Below are positions 43,522 to 55,356 of a stretch of DNA of 64,000 bases, one piece after another. The stretch lies in assembly GCA_013265495.1 (NCBI GenBank), contig MU061578.1, positions 2,737,308-2,801,307 on the forward strand, read 5' to 3'. The stretch is from Vicugna vicugna (lineage: Eukaryota). Both the position numbers and the translations under genes were made by a program. Under the pieces are notes generated by a model that did no database searches, had not been told where the DNA came from, and saw only the letters and a list, made by a program, of their open reading frames with translations. Each line of letters starts with the position of its first letter. The first letter of the stretch is position 1.

Positions 43522-46500
43522 GTGGGTACACTCTTGTTGCCCTGTACTGGCCACCGGGAAACCAGTTCTCGGCCTGTCACCTGCCTACTCTGTACCCTTG
43601 GGACTTGCCCATCTTCTGGTCCCGAATAGTCAGCTTTGACTATAAGGAAATGGGGCTGAAGGTGGCTTGCTCCTTTTCGGTGTCTGGAGCCCTACTGTGA
43701 TGAGTATTTTTTGTTTTTTGTTTTTTGGGCTTTTTTTTTGAAGCAAGAAGGATTCAAAGGCCACGTGAGAAAAGATTTGGAAATTGTTATTTTCCCAGGA
43801 AGAAATGTCATTTGACAGTCCCTCCCTCCTGACATGCCAGGACCCAGACAGGCAGAGGGAGTGTGCCCTTTGAGGGGACAGTCAAGTAAGAGTGGCAGCC
43901 CCGGCTCCCCCAACATCCTGTAGTCTCCAAGTAAAGTGCCAAGTGTTTGTTCAGCTTTGAGGGATATAAGATCCCCGAGGAGGGGGCTGGAGGCAGGCCA
44001 AGGCAAACAGAGAGCCACCCCTTCTCCACCACGCACACCATGGGTTGCAGTGAGCCCCTCCCTGACCCAAGGGACAAAGAGCCAGCTTGGTGTCAACTTG
44101 GGGCTCTGTTGGGCCCTGCTCCCTCATCTGTCACCCTCTCTGCGTTGCCAGGACAGCTTTCAGCCACTCCCCCACCCCGCCCCCACCACCACCCTCGGAC
44201 TCCAGATCCCAGCAGGAGGTGGGGCTCTGAGACAGGTCTGCTTTGGGTGGGTCCCTGGCCTATGTAGTGCCCTCACTGCCTTGGGGTCTCCTGAAGACCC
44301 TCAAGATCCCTGTCGCCTCCCCTCCTCTCCAGGACAAGGGTGCAGCAAGACAGATGCCACAATCTCCTTCATTTAACCCCAGCCCAGTTTCATAACTCCT
44401 CTAGAAACTAATAATAATGGTAAACACGCAGGGCTGGCTTCCCCATTTGGCACACGGTACTTTTAGGGGCTCGTGGAAATGTTTTAATTTCTCTTTAAAT
44501 AAGAAGAAAAAAGTAAACTTTTAGGTCAAAGAAAATGCTTTAATATATAATATTCTATCTTTATCTATCTTCATACCAGCCAAGTTGTAAAATGTAGTAT
44601 CCAATATACTTATTTAATGGAGGAGGGGCCCACAAACCCGCCACGTGTCCCCACAGACGCTGCCTGTCACCTGCCGCATATAGTCGCCCAACAGTTGGAG
44701 AGGGACGTCTGCTCCTTCTGCAGGTGGGGAAACTGAGGCACAGAGAGGTTCAGTGGCCTCCTTACACCTCGCAGCTGCTAAGCAAGAGGTCTAGCATCCA
44801 AATCCACTTGCCATCATACCCCTTAAAGGTGGGGTGGGCATTGTCCTGACTTTAATGTCCCCTGCGGGTGCTGAGCACAGCGCTGGTCGTGGAGCAGTAG
44901 TTGAATGAGCATTCCAGACCCAGGCAACAGACTCTCATCTGCAGCAGCCCTGGGGTCAGCCATTTAAGCACCCTTATGGAGAGAGGATGGGGGCGCGCGT
45001 GGCCCCCTGGGCTGCATGCTCTCTGGGGTGCATGCGATAGTGAAAGCTAAGATTCACTGAGTACTCACCAGGCGCTGACACCACCTGAGTGCACATGCGG
45101 GGTACTCACTGACTTCTCCCCTTAACCCTTCAGGAAGTACATTATTATAATCATCTCCTTTATACCAATGCGAGGATGGGCTTTAGAGAATGTCCAAGAT
45201 CACACAGTGAGTAAATGAAAGAGGTGGATTGGAACCCTGTCTGACTCAGCACCGTTAGTCATTCCAGGGCAGGCTGTTCCCACCGTCCGCCCCTTCCCCT
45301 TGCAATAACCTGTTGCTGTGTAATAAATTACCCAAGATTTAGCTGCTTGAAACAACACTTGTTGTCTCACAGTTTTTGTGGGTCAGGAATCCAGGAGCAG
45401 CCGAGCTGGCTGGTTCTGACTCAGGGTCTCACACAAGGTTGTGGTCACAATGCTGGCCAGGGCTGTGATCATCCAAAGGCCTGACTGGGGCTGTAGGAGC
45501 CACCTGGTTCACACACCGGCCAGGCAGGTTGGTGCTGGCTGGTGGCTGGAGACCTCGGTTCCTCACCACATGGGTCCCTCCGTGGGCTGTCTGAGCATCC
45601 TCACTGCATGGTAGCCAATTCCTGCAGAGCAAGTGACCCAAGAGAGAGCTTGGTGTCTTTTACAAATGAGCGTTGGAAGTCACACGCCTCTGTTTTCCAG
45701 GTTTCTTGTTGATTTCACAGGTCAGCCCCATTCACAGTGGGAGGGAGCTGAAAGGGTGTGAAAATTAGCTGGCTACCACTGTCCTTATGAGGGTCCTACT
45801 TGCATTCGCAGCCTCCCCAGGAGAGAGAGAAGGGGTTCACACTCTGGGGGGTCCTGTAGCAACACAATACCTGTTGATCTCCAGGGTCCTCTCTGCTTGG
45901 GGCTAGACAGGTGGACATTGACCTAAGAGAGCAAAGGGTCCCTCCGGCTACCTCCACCAGGAGTCAGGGGACTCCAGAATGTGGCAGCAGCTGCCACACA
46001 TTGCAGAGAGAAACAGGAACAAGGTTCAGGACCCAGGATCATCATGAGGCCAGGTGGGTTCACCTGATCTCTCTGATGATTTGGCACCTTTTCTGGGTGC
46101 CACTGCAGGACCCTCCATCTACAGGTCCAAACAGTCCAGAACAGGGCTTCAGACCTAGACTGCCTAGTTCAAGTTAAGAGAGGGAGCCAAGTCAGGGGAG
46201 GGGTGTTACAGAGCCCATCAGCCCACAAGACTTGTTCAGCACCCTCCTTAAACCTCATCCTCCTCCCCTACACAGTTCCCCTACCTGGAAGCAGCTGCCC
46301 TGCCTCATCTCACCCCCTCACATCTCCTCTCTTTCTGGCTACCTCGTGACCTCTTCTTCCAGTTACTACCATCTTCTCCCACCCCTGCAGGGACACTGCT
46401 AGTCCACAGGGCACCTCTATGAGAATTAGAAAAAGACATCCTCTCTCTCGAGCCACTTGACTGCCATCTGTTGGAAAATTTGTCTTAAAACATGTACAAA

Positions 46501-49500
46501 CCCATGTTAGGAATGTGTGTTGCCCTTGTGCAGTGTACAACCTGCTCAACTGTACACAGTGGCCCCACAATCAGAGTCCCTCCCTCATTTTTCCCTCCTG
46601 TACAACAAACCCAAAGTCTCTCTAATAGTAATAGCTAACCTCTATTAAGTGCTTACTTTTCACTATGGACAATGATAAGTTCTCTCTATGCATTAGTTTA
46701 TAACTCCTTCCTCCAAGAAGTAAGGACTATCATTATCCCCATGTTACATATGAAGAAAGTGATGTGGAGAGAAATCAAATGACTTTCTCTGGTCACCCAA
46801 CAAAAAAGCATTAGGTTTAGGACTTAAACCCAGGCCAACCTCCAGAAATCAAGCTCTTAGCTACCACCATCCCTCACTCTGGCCTCATCCCCATTACCCA
46901 GCTGAGCCCCACCAGAGGCTCATTTCTGATAAGCTCAGCCATTTTTTTCCCCTCCAGAGCTAGAAGAAGCAGAGAGGCTCAGTAAGCATTATAACTGAGG
47001 ATATTTTTTCCTGTCCACATGGTTTGTCCAGTGTTGGAATGAATGAACTCTGCTCCCTTCCAGTGCAGCTAAAAGGCATTCAGGAGAAATGGGCCTGGGA
47101 TCCCCGGCTGCAGCCGCTCAGCCTGCGTGCAGGGAAGCTGGCGGAAAAGCTTGGTCCTCTCCTCCACAGATCCATCTTCCACCTCCAGCTGAGTGATCCC
47201 AAGTACCTAAGAGGTAGGACTGTGGGTGGAGTCCCATTTCTTCAGGAACACAGCGTCTGGGAGTGTTTACTGAAATAACTTAGGGCAGCTCCTCCCCGGT
47301 ACAAGGAAGGATCCGGGACAATTTGTAACCAGCTGCCCTGGGGGTGTTCGGTCATCCTTGATTTCAGCTTGAGATGACCTCTCTCACCCACACAGAGTGA
47401 GTGGAAAGAAGGGAATGGGACCAGGCTTGGGGCCTTCTTCCTAGACCAGAGTGGGGATGGGTAGAGGTCTAAAAGGTAATCAGCCCTTTACATAGCAGAC
47501 ATTAGCATCTTGCTAGCATCTCTCTGTGCCTTATAATACAGAGCCTGTGTCTCCTTGTCAGCCTCGAGTCACCCTACCAAGAGCCCCATCCTAAGCTGTG
47601 GCCTGAGTTGTTCCTGGGTGGAGGTGAATGGGTGTATAAACTAGCCCCTCGTGTTGTTCAACCCTGCCTCCCGGGCTCCCAGCTCCCAGGTACGTAGGGG
47701 TGAGCGGGGAGATAACTAGCCAGATGATAGCCTGCTCACATGATCAGACCCCAGCCCTCCCGAGCACCAGCTGGCCTGTCAGCAGTCAGGGTCACCCATG
47801 CTCTTCCAGGCCTGGTCCCTAAGACCATCCTGGTCAGCATCTTCCTAAAGAAATCTGTTTAGTAAGAGCTCCATGTTCCAAAGGAACCAAAGGAAGTAAC
47901 TAACCCTATTTATGTCTCAAGCTTCCATGGGATGCCATGGATTTAGTCAGAGCCCATCCCAGCACTGTTCCTAGTGATTTCTTAAAATTCTTTTTAGAAA
48001 AAATTTCCTGAGCATTTCAAATGCAGTGTCCAACCCTCAGGCGAGGCTCGGAGCCCTGAAGGCACACATGTGTGGTCAGGGCTGCCCGAGGAGGACACCC
48101 AGTTCCTGGGCTCTGAGCCACGGAAGCTTGGGGGTGGTTAAGCACAAAGCGGGCACAGCCCGTGGGTCTTCCCCGACTCCCTCCTCTCTTCCAGAGTTCC
48201 AGCCGACTATCGAGTCCGGATTTTGGAAGCTCCCACGTGCCTGGACCCACACCAATGCCTCCATGGTCTACCCCACGTTCGAGCCACAGGACTCCTTCTC
48301 AGAGGAACGCAGTGACTTGTGCCTGGTGCAGCTGCTTGGAACCAGGTGGGCCCCCTGGACGTGCCCTGCTTCCTGAAAACCCCAAAGTGCTTGCTCTCTG
48401 CTAGTCACCCCATCCTACTCACTCTCCAGGGCCTCAGGGGTTTGGGCAAAACCAGACACAGCTCCCCTGAGAGCCCTAGGTGCAGGGACCCATGGGACTC
48501 ATGTGCAGAAGAGGCAGCAGGTGCCCAGACCCCCCTCCTCTCAGCATCCTACAGAGAGGTGTTTGGGCCAAGACACAGCTGGGCTTGCAGAGCAGCTGTG
48601 CTCTGGTGAGGGATCTGCCCTGTCCCTTCTATGGGGCAGGACTGGCACGGGGGGGGCGGGGATGGGCACACTGGGCCCAGGGATCTGCTTTTAGGTCAGT
48701 TCTGGGGAAAACGGTATTTGGGGGTCCCATGAAGAATGGGTAGTCGTAGCCCCTGGTGGCTCCCCCAACCCGGGATAGCTCCAGCGTCATCTCCTCTGCA
48801 CTGGGGGTGCTGATTTAGCCAATCCAGACACAGGACACCTGTATTTATCTGGCACAGCTGTGTGCCTGGACCCTACGGGGGTTCTGATAACTACTGAGGG
48901 AATCAGGACCAGGGGAGGCTCCATATCCTTGGGCTTCATTTAGGATGCTCTTAATAGCCTGGAACCACTTCTCCCACAGGGCAGATGGCAGCCAGCCCTG
49001 CAGGCTCTCAGATTTCTGCAGGACCCTCATGACGAGGCCCGGCTGCTCTGGCTACTGCCTGTCCCACCAGCTGCTCTTCTTCCTCGTGGCCAGAATGGTA
49101 AGTGCCAGGCGTGGGCCCAGCCATACCCTGAGGAGGAAAAGGAATGATTGAAAGGGGCTCGTGACACTGTGGTTTTATATGTCCACATCAAGAAAATAAG
49201 CAGGTTTTGGAAGAGGTGCTTAGCTGCACGAGGTCCTGGGTTCAGTCCCCAGTACCTCCATTAAAAATAAATAAATACACCTAATTACCTCCCCCCCAAA
49301 AAAAGTTAAAAAAGAAAAAAGGGAAAATAAAATAAGCAGGTTTTAAACTTGTGCTTCAACATTGGGAGGGGGACGTGAGAAGCCTGCCATTCATTAGCTA
49401 TGAAATACCACCAAACTGGTGGAGGGTGGGGAAAGTGAGATTCTGTTAGACAGAGAGCTTTGCATGCTGAACTGGATCACCGGGCATCAGAAAAACAAAG

Positions 49501-52500
49501 AAAGAAGCAGCAGAAAACTGAACACAATGAAAACAGCCCCTGCCCCGACTACCATCTCTCCAGTGCCCAACACTCTCCCAAGCTCAAGAACTCAAATTTT
49601 GCTAAATACTCATTTCAATCATATATTTATTTATATAGAAAGTAGGGCTTGCACAGGGAACTATATTACAATAGCTTGTAATAACCTACAATGAAAAAGA
49701 ATATATATGTATGTATAACTGAATCACTGTAACTGAATCGCCAGAAACTAACACAACATTGTAAATCAACTATACCTCAATTTAAAAAAAAAAAATTTAA
49801 CTACAAACGAAAAAGAAAGTAGGGCTTGCTATCTCTATTCAAAAATGTTACTCAATGTCCAGAAATTCTCAGCCAAGGAAGGACTTGCTGATTTTGTTTA
49901 ATAGATTTTTTGTTATTAATTATTTGCAAGCTGTCACAGGTCAGTATTTTTGTGAATACGATAAAAAACCAAATTACAAGGAAAATTGTTGTGATTATTA
50001 GATTCAGCAGATAGTTACTCTGACACATTGCTACAAAAGCTTTTCTAAAGCCTATTCCCATCCCCTGTCTCTCTCGGTGCGACAGGTCCGCGGCCCACAC
50101 TTTGAGTAACATTGTAGCCGCCTGCGTTCAGGTTTAGTCTGGAATCAGAATGTAAAGCAGCCGCCGAAGGCTTTAATGCGCCCCCTGGTGTCGGGCGTCG
50201 TATCGGCACTTCCTGGTTTTGGTACCGCCCACCCTGGCGAGCGCCCCACGGGTGCTGCTCCCAGCGGCATCGCCCTTTCCCTGTGAAGACCTTTGAGACT
50301 CCCAAAAAGTTAACTTAGAGGGCTGAGGTCGCACATCTCCTGAGTGGCAGAGCCACGACTCGAACCCAGCTCTCTCTGTCCCTCAGTGACTCAGCCCCCA
50401 GCAGGCTGGGAGCGTGGGAGGGGAAGAAATTCTGGGAAAAGGGGAAAGACCTGCCCTAAAGGCAGCCACTTGCAAGACCACTTCAGAACTGCAGGTCTTT
50501 TCCTGCAACGGAGCGCGCGTCTGTCGTTCATACCACCAACTTCCTCGTCTCTTGGTATTTGTTCACCCAGAGAGGATGCACGAAGGGGCTGTTCCGCCAG
50601 AGCCAGCGCTACATGAACCTCTTCTGCGCCAACATGATGGACCTGAACCGGAGGGCTGAGGCCATCGGATATGCCTACCAGACTCGGGACCTCTTCATGG
50701 AAAACAGTGGGCCCCCGCATTCTGCTCTAGGAACAAATCAGCAGGATGTCCCTGATTCTGGACACAAACACCCCCCTCCCCAGAGTAGGGCTGCCAGACT
50801 TAACAAATGAAAATACAGGAAGCCCAGGCAAATGTGAATTTCAGAAGGCAATGAGTACATTTTTAGTATAAGTATATCCCAAACATTGCATGGGCTATAC
50901 TTATAATTTTTTAGTCATTGTTTATTGGAAACTTAAATTTAAGTGGGCATCCTGTATTTTATCTACCAGTGTTTTGACTGCTTCCAGCCCCCAAAAGATT
51001 GACCCACTGATGGAGCTCTGGATAGACTGACCAACTAATTGACTGGCAAACAGACACTCAAAACCTTAGAGATAAGGCAGAAAGGGGGCCCCTGGGTGGC
51101 TGCTCCTTTGCTTGGGTGCCCAGATGCCTCTACTGACCCTGACTCTTGAGCAGCCCCGACCGAGGCCCTAAGTGGGAGGCAGGACCCAGGTCTGGGAGCC
51201 CCTACTCACAAAGGCAGACCCTAGGTGCTGCTTCCTTCCAGCCACTGCGTTCAGTGCCCACCTCCTGGTGCTGCCTCTCTAGCAGGTGGTACCATGGTGA
51301 CCTTGGGGAGTGGGAAGAGGTGGGCCTGGGGGGCAGGCCTGCAGAGGGTCCCCTGTCTTTGCTTCCAGTCATGCTCTGTGGAATTGGCGGCTTCTCCGAC
51401 TTCTACAAGCTCCGGTGGCTAGAGGCCATTCTCAGCTGGCAGAAGCTGCAGGAAGGATGCTTCGGGAGGCCCGGTGAGCTGCGCTTCCTCCCTGGTTGGC
51501 AGCGGGAGAGTGGTGGAGGTCTAGGCTTCTAGGCCAGATGGGGGAAGGGTGCAGTGGTGTTAGGGGTGCTGAGAGATTCACAACATGTGTGTGCAGAAAC
51601 ATGAATACACGCACACAGACATGGAAATAGGCTCGGAGCTTTGGAAGCCAAAACTTTGCAGGATGAGAGGTCTTGTTGGAAGATGTTGGCCCCCTGCACC
51701 TGCATTAACAAATTCATTTCTTCACTGAGTATTCCCTGAGCATATACTATGTGCAGACTGTTCTAGGCTCTGGGGAAACTAAGCAAGGAAAAAAAGGAAA
51801 GAGAAAAAGACAGAAACCAGGGTCAGGGGAGATGTCTGAGAGAGGGTGACATAGAAGCAGAGGTGGAAAGGCAGAGGTTGCAGCCCCTTTCCAGCCGTGT
51901 GACACCAGACAGCTGGTCCTCTTCGGCTTAAGTCGGTTCACTTCTCTGAACTGCAATTTCCCCTTCTGTACAGAAATGAGCAGAACAATCTCCACCTTCC
52001 TGTGCTGTGAGGAGTAGACACAATATATATGAAACCACCTACCCTGCGCCTGGCCCAGACGAGGCTCCCAGTAGACGCTACCTTCCTAAATGAGAAACTT
52101 AGGATGCTCAAAGAGCAAAGCTTTCGAAATAAGATCATCTGTTTTAAAACAGTGTTTATAAAATGAAGATTCTCAGAAGAGGGGAGGGTATAGCTCACGT
52201 GGTAGAGCACATGCTTAGTATGCACAAGGTCCTGGGTCCAATTCCCAGTACCTCCTCTAAAAATAAATAAATAAACCTAATTACCTCCCCCCAAAAAATA
52301 AAAAAAAAAATTCTGAGGCCTCCAGAGCCATAGATTCAGCAGGTGGAGGGGCTGTGGAACCCACATTTTCAGTGATCTCCTCTGGCCATTCCAATGTAGG
52401 TAGTTGGGGGACCACAATTTGGGAAACGTCAGTAGATGCAGGTTTAGGTGACGTGGAAGTATCCATACACAGGGGCTCGAGGAAGTTTCCAGCAGAGCCT

Positions 52501-55155
52501 TCAGATTCAAGAGAAGACCTAAGTTGCTGGAGGTGTTGTGAAGGGGAGGGGGTTTAGTCGGTAACATTTAAAAAATCCATCGTGAGACGTTCACCTTGTA
52601 CTCTTCTTGCAGCTGCTGAAGATGAAGAATTACCTAAAGCCATTAATTACCAACATCATTTTTTGAGAAGAGTGAAGAGGCGAGATAAACAATTTACAGG
52701 TAATGAAAATACCAAGAGACCATCTTGGCATGAAATCAAGAGACCTTAGAAAGGCTACACTCAAGGAAAACAGGCCTCCAGTGTGTCCGAGGTCCTAAGG
52801 TGGAAAGGGGCCTTTGTGTTTGGGAGTTGGAGGAAGGGCAGGAGTCTCTGATGCCCTCCTCTTAGAAAGTGGGGAGTCCAGAAATTCTGTCTCCAGTGAA
52901 GGGAACATATAAGTTTCAGTGTATTACACACTGAAAATCACAGAGAAAACCTCTCTCAGTCAAGGTCTGATCAGGAAAACAGCACCAGGAACTTCAGCAG
53001 AGAGAACTGAATATAGGGAACTCATCTCAGAAGTGCTGCAAGAATGAAAACATAAAAGGTGAGAAAACACAGAGATTAACCATGGCAGGAAGCCACCATC
53101 CTCCCTGGAGGCAGAGCTGGAGGGACGGTGGAGGAGATGGGGTGAGCAAAGCCAGTAGTGGCTGGATGAGGAGACAGAGAGGGGCAGGGGGAGGAATACC
53201 CTAGCTTCTCCCCTCGCCCCACTTGTGCCTACTGGTGGTCAGCAAGGCAGTCTGGGAAATGTAGTTTGGAAGGGTTGGTGCACTGGGGTTGGTGCAAAGG
53301 GAAGAAAGGGGATCTCTGGGTCAGTGGGCAAGTGACCAGCACAGTCCTGGTGGCCACATGTCCAGCTTATCCCTGTTGTCCTGAAGCCATTACGAATAGC
53401 GCCCTCTTCCCTTCCAAACATGTCCAGGTTGGGATGATTAGTTACATGGTCAGCCCACTAATATAGAGAAACTGAGAATAGGCTGTAGCTACATTGGGAA
53501 GGGAAGAAAGGCAAGACATGATACAGAAGGAAGGGATGGAGAGAGGGAGGAAGGGAGAGAGAAAGAGAGAAGGGAAGGAAGATGATTTCAATTTTTTTTA
53601 CTAATAAAAATATAAATAGCTACAAGGCAAAAGCAGGAAGGGAGGTAGGCTAGCCAGCTCAGAGCAGATGTCCAGCATACACTGGGGTATCATTCCAGCA
53701 ACTAAACGTCTTGCCATCAACCCCACCACGGCCTCATCATCTATCTGCAGGTGATGAGAGAGGAGAGTGAAATTACAATTCTGATGGGTCTACTTTGTAG
53801 CTGCCACCAAAGATTGGGCAGGGGAAGGGAGGTGAGTTCTCAGGAGACCTCCAGAGGCCCCTTGTCCTGGCAAGGTCTGCCCGACCTAGGAACTGGGGCT
53901 ATCTACGTCCGGCAGTAGGGGGCCTGCGTGCACACTCTGAAGAGCAGGCTGATCCCTGGAGACTGACAGCTGGACACTAGGACTATCCTGAGGGCTGGAG
54001 AGGGAGCTGCAGAAATCCCAAAGCCCAAGGTCCTTCCTGGGGCCCCTGCAGGTTGACCAGCAGCTTAGAAAGCTACCCAGGTGGGAGGGGCATATTCCCT
54101 CCTTCACTTAATAATGCACATCCATGTTGCCTAGGGGCACTAGATTTGAAGTCGGGCTGTCTGCGTTTGAATCTGCTTCTGCCTTTCTTCACTGTGGGAG
54201 TCACTCAGTCTCTGAGCCTCAGTTTCCTCATCTGTAAAATGGGGACCAAGCAATGCCTCCTTCATAGGGCTGTTGGGCATTAATATTAGATCATCATGCG
54301 AAGTGTTCCCCAGGTCATTTGGCGTATAGTAGCCACTGGTAAGCGTGGACTGCCAGGGTTAGTAATTAGGTTCCTCCCTCCAAGGAGCCTGGCTGGTGTC
54401 CTTCCCTTCCCCAGGCCTGGGAGGGGAGAGGAAAGTTCTGGCTCCCTCCCACCGGCCCAGACTAAAGGTGGGCAGCCCACTTTGACTTTAGAGGACTAAA
54501 CAATGTCTAAGGGGCTCCTGGCTCAGGCCAGCATTCAGGGTGACTTGGGACCAGGCAGGACCGAGGCAGCCATGAGGGAGGCCATTGAGGTTAAGAAATG
54601 AGCTGTAGACTCCCCAGGGCAGGGAGCTCAGCTCTGCTACCAGAGCCTCAGTTTCCCCATCTGTAAAATGAGGCAGCTAGGTGCTGTCCAGGTCTCACGC
54701 AGGACCTGAGCACAGGGGAAGGTGGGAAAGAGTGACCAGGGTGTGGCCTCAGGTCAGATCCCAAGGGAGGAGAGGGCTCTGGAGCGTTTATCACTGTATT
54801 AGGAAGTCACTGGGACCTCCCAAATGAAGGGCTCCAGCTGGCTGAAGACTCTTCTGGGAAGGGAGCCTTTAGTGGCCAGCACTCAGAGGCTGGCAGATGG
54901 GTGCCCGGCCCTGCATCTGGGAGGATCTGGGGGCACCAGGCTGAATGGGGGAACACCTGAAAAGTACTCACAACAGAACAGTGGCCGCCACCCAGCACTC
55001 ACAATGAGGCCTCTGTCTCCCCAGACGGTTGCTCCTCCCACAACACAGCCATGGCCGTCGCGGCCCTGGGTGGCTTCCTCTACGTCCTGGCGGAATACCC
55101 CCCAGCAGACGGAGAGCTGCGGCCGCCCACGCCAGCGCCGCCTAAGGGCCACTGA
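43314..55155 (+). CDS. C16orf89: UPF0764 secreted protein C16orf89 orthologue, complete, 361 aa, 8 exons
   Basis: Signal peptide MSSPGLLLLVLLLAPL, LILSALERAT..LPEINLDG, GCSGYCLSHQLLFF, ILSWQK..EGCFG, DGCSSHNTA; exons sum to a 1086-nt open CDS; lies between ALG1 and NAGPA. Confidence 0.95.
45300..45780. mobile_element. MaLR LTR (MLT1F/G-like)
   Basis: ttgctgtgtaataaattaccc...tctcacagtttttgtgggtcaggaatcc. Confidence 0.7.
47064..47213 (+). CDS. C16orf89: C16orf89 exon 2
   Basis: QLKGIQEKWA...SDPKYLR. Confidence 0.93.
48195..48345 (+). CDS. C16orf89: C16orf89 exon 3
   Basis: FQPTIESGFWKLP...FSEERSDLCLVQLLGT. Confidence 0.93.
48980..49097 (+). CDS. C16orf89: C16orf89 exon 4
   Basis: PCRLSDFCRTLMTRPGCSGYCLSHQLLFF. 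Confidence 0.93.
49209..49328 (+). mobile_element. vic-1-like SINE lacking the A box
   Basis: TSD aaaataagcaggtttt at 49193-49208 and 49329-49344. Confidence 0.85.
49653..49813 (+). mobile_element. Short L1 3' end
   Basis: TSD agaaagtagggcttgc at 49637-49652 and 49814-49829. Confidence 0.85.
50178..50194 (-). promoter_or_regulatory. CTCF motif (reverse)
   Basis: reverse complement CCGACACCAGGGGGCGC, in a CpG-rich intronic patch. Confidence 0.6.
50571..50706 (+). CDS. C16orf89: C16orf89 exon 5
   Basis: RGCTKGLF...CANMMDLN...RDLFMEN. Confidence 0.93.
50786..50970. mobile_element. MER53-like palindromic MITE
   Basis: tagggctgccaga...aaaatacagga / tcctgtattttatct inverted ends. Confidence 0.7.
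51369..51473 (+). CDS. C16orf89: C16orf89 exon 6
   Basis: MLCGIGGFSDFYKLRWLEAILSWQK. Confidence 0.93.
52181..52310 (+). mobile_element. vic-1-like SINE
   Basis: GGGGAGGGTATAGCTCACGTGGTAGAGCACATGCTTAG... plus A tail. Confidence 0.88.
52613..52699 (+). CDS. C16orf89: C16orf89 exon 7
   Basis: AEDEELPKAINYQHHFLRRVKRRDKQFT. Confidence 0.9.
55025..55155 (+). CDS. C16orf89: C16orf89 exon 8 (stop TGA)
   Basis: DGCSSHNTAMAVAALGGFLYVLAEYP...KGH*; AATAAA at 55351. Confidence 0.92.
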
Positions 55156-55350
55156 CACAGACGGTTCCGCGCTTGCTGCCCGCCAGGAAGATAAAATGTA
55201 CGCCTTTAGTCCTTCCTTCCTTCTTTAAGGCCTGGGGCCTGGGTCACACCCTGTGAAGGAGGCAGCTGAAGCACAGCAACCCAGCATCATCCCCTGGGGA
55301 AGCCGGGCCAGGGATCGGGGCTGGGATGGACCCAGGCTTGGGAGCAGATG

Positions 55351-55356
55351 AATAAA
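55351..55356 (+). terminator. C16orf89 poly(A) signal
   Basis: AATAAA about 195 bp after the stop, followed by GT-rich sequence. Confidence 0.75.
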
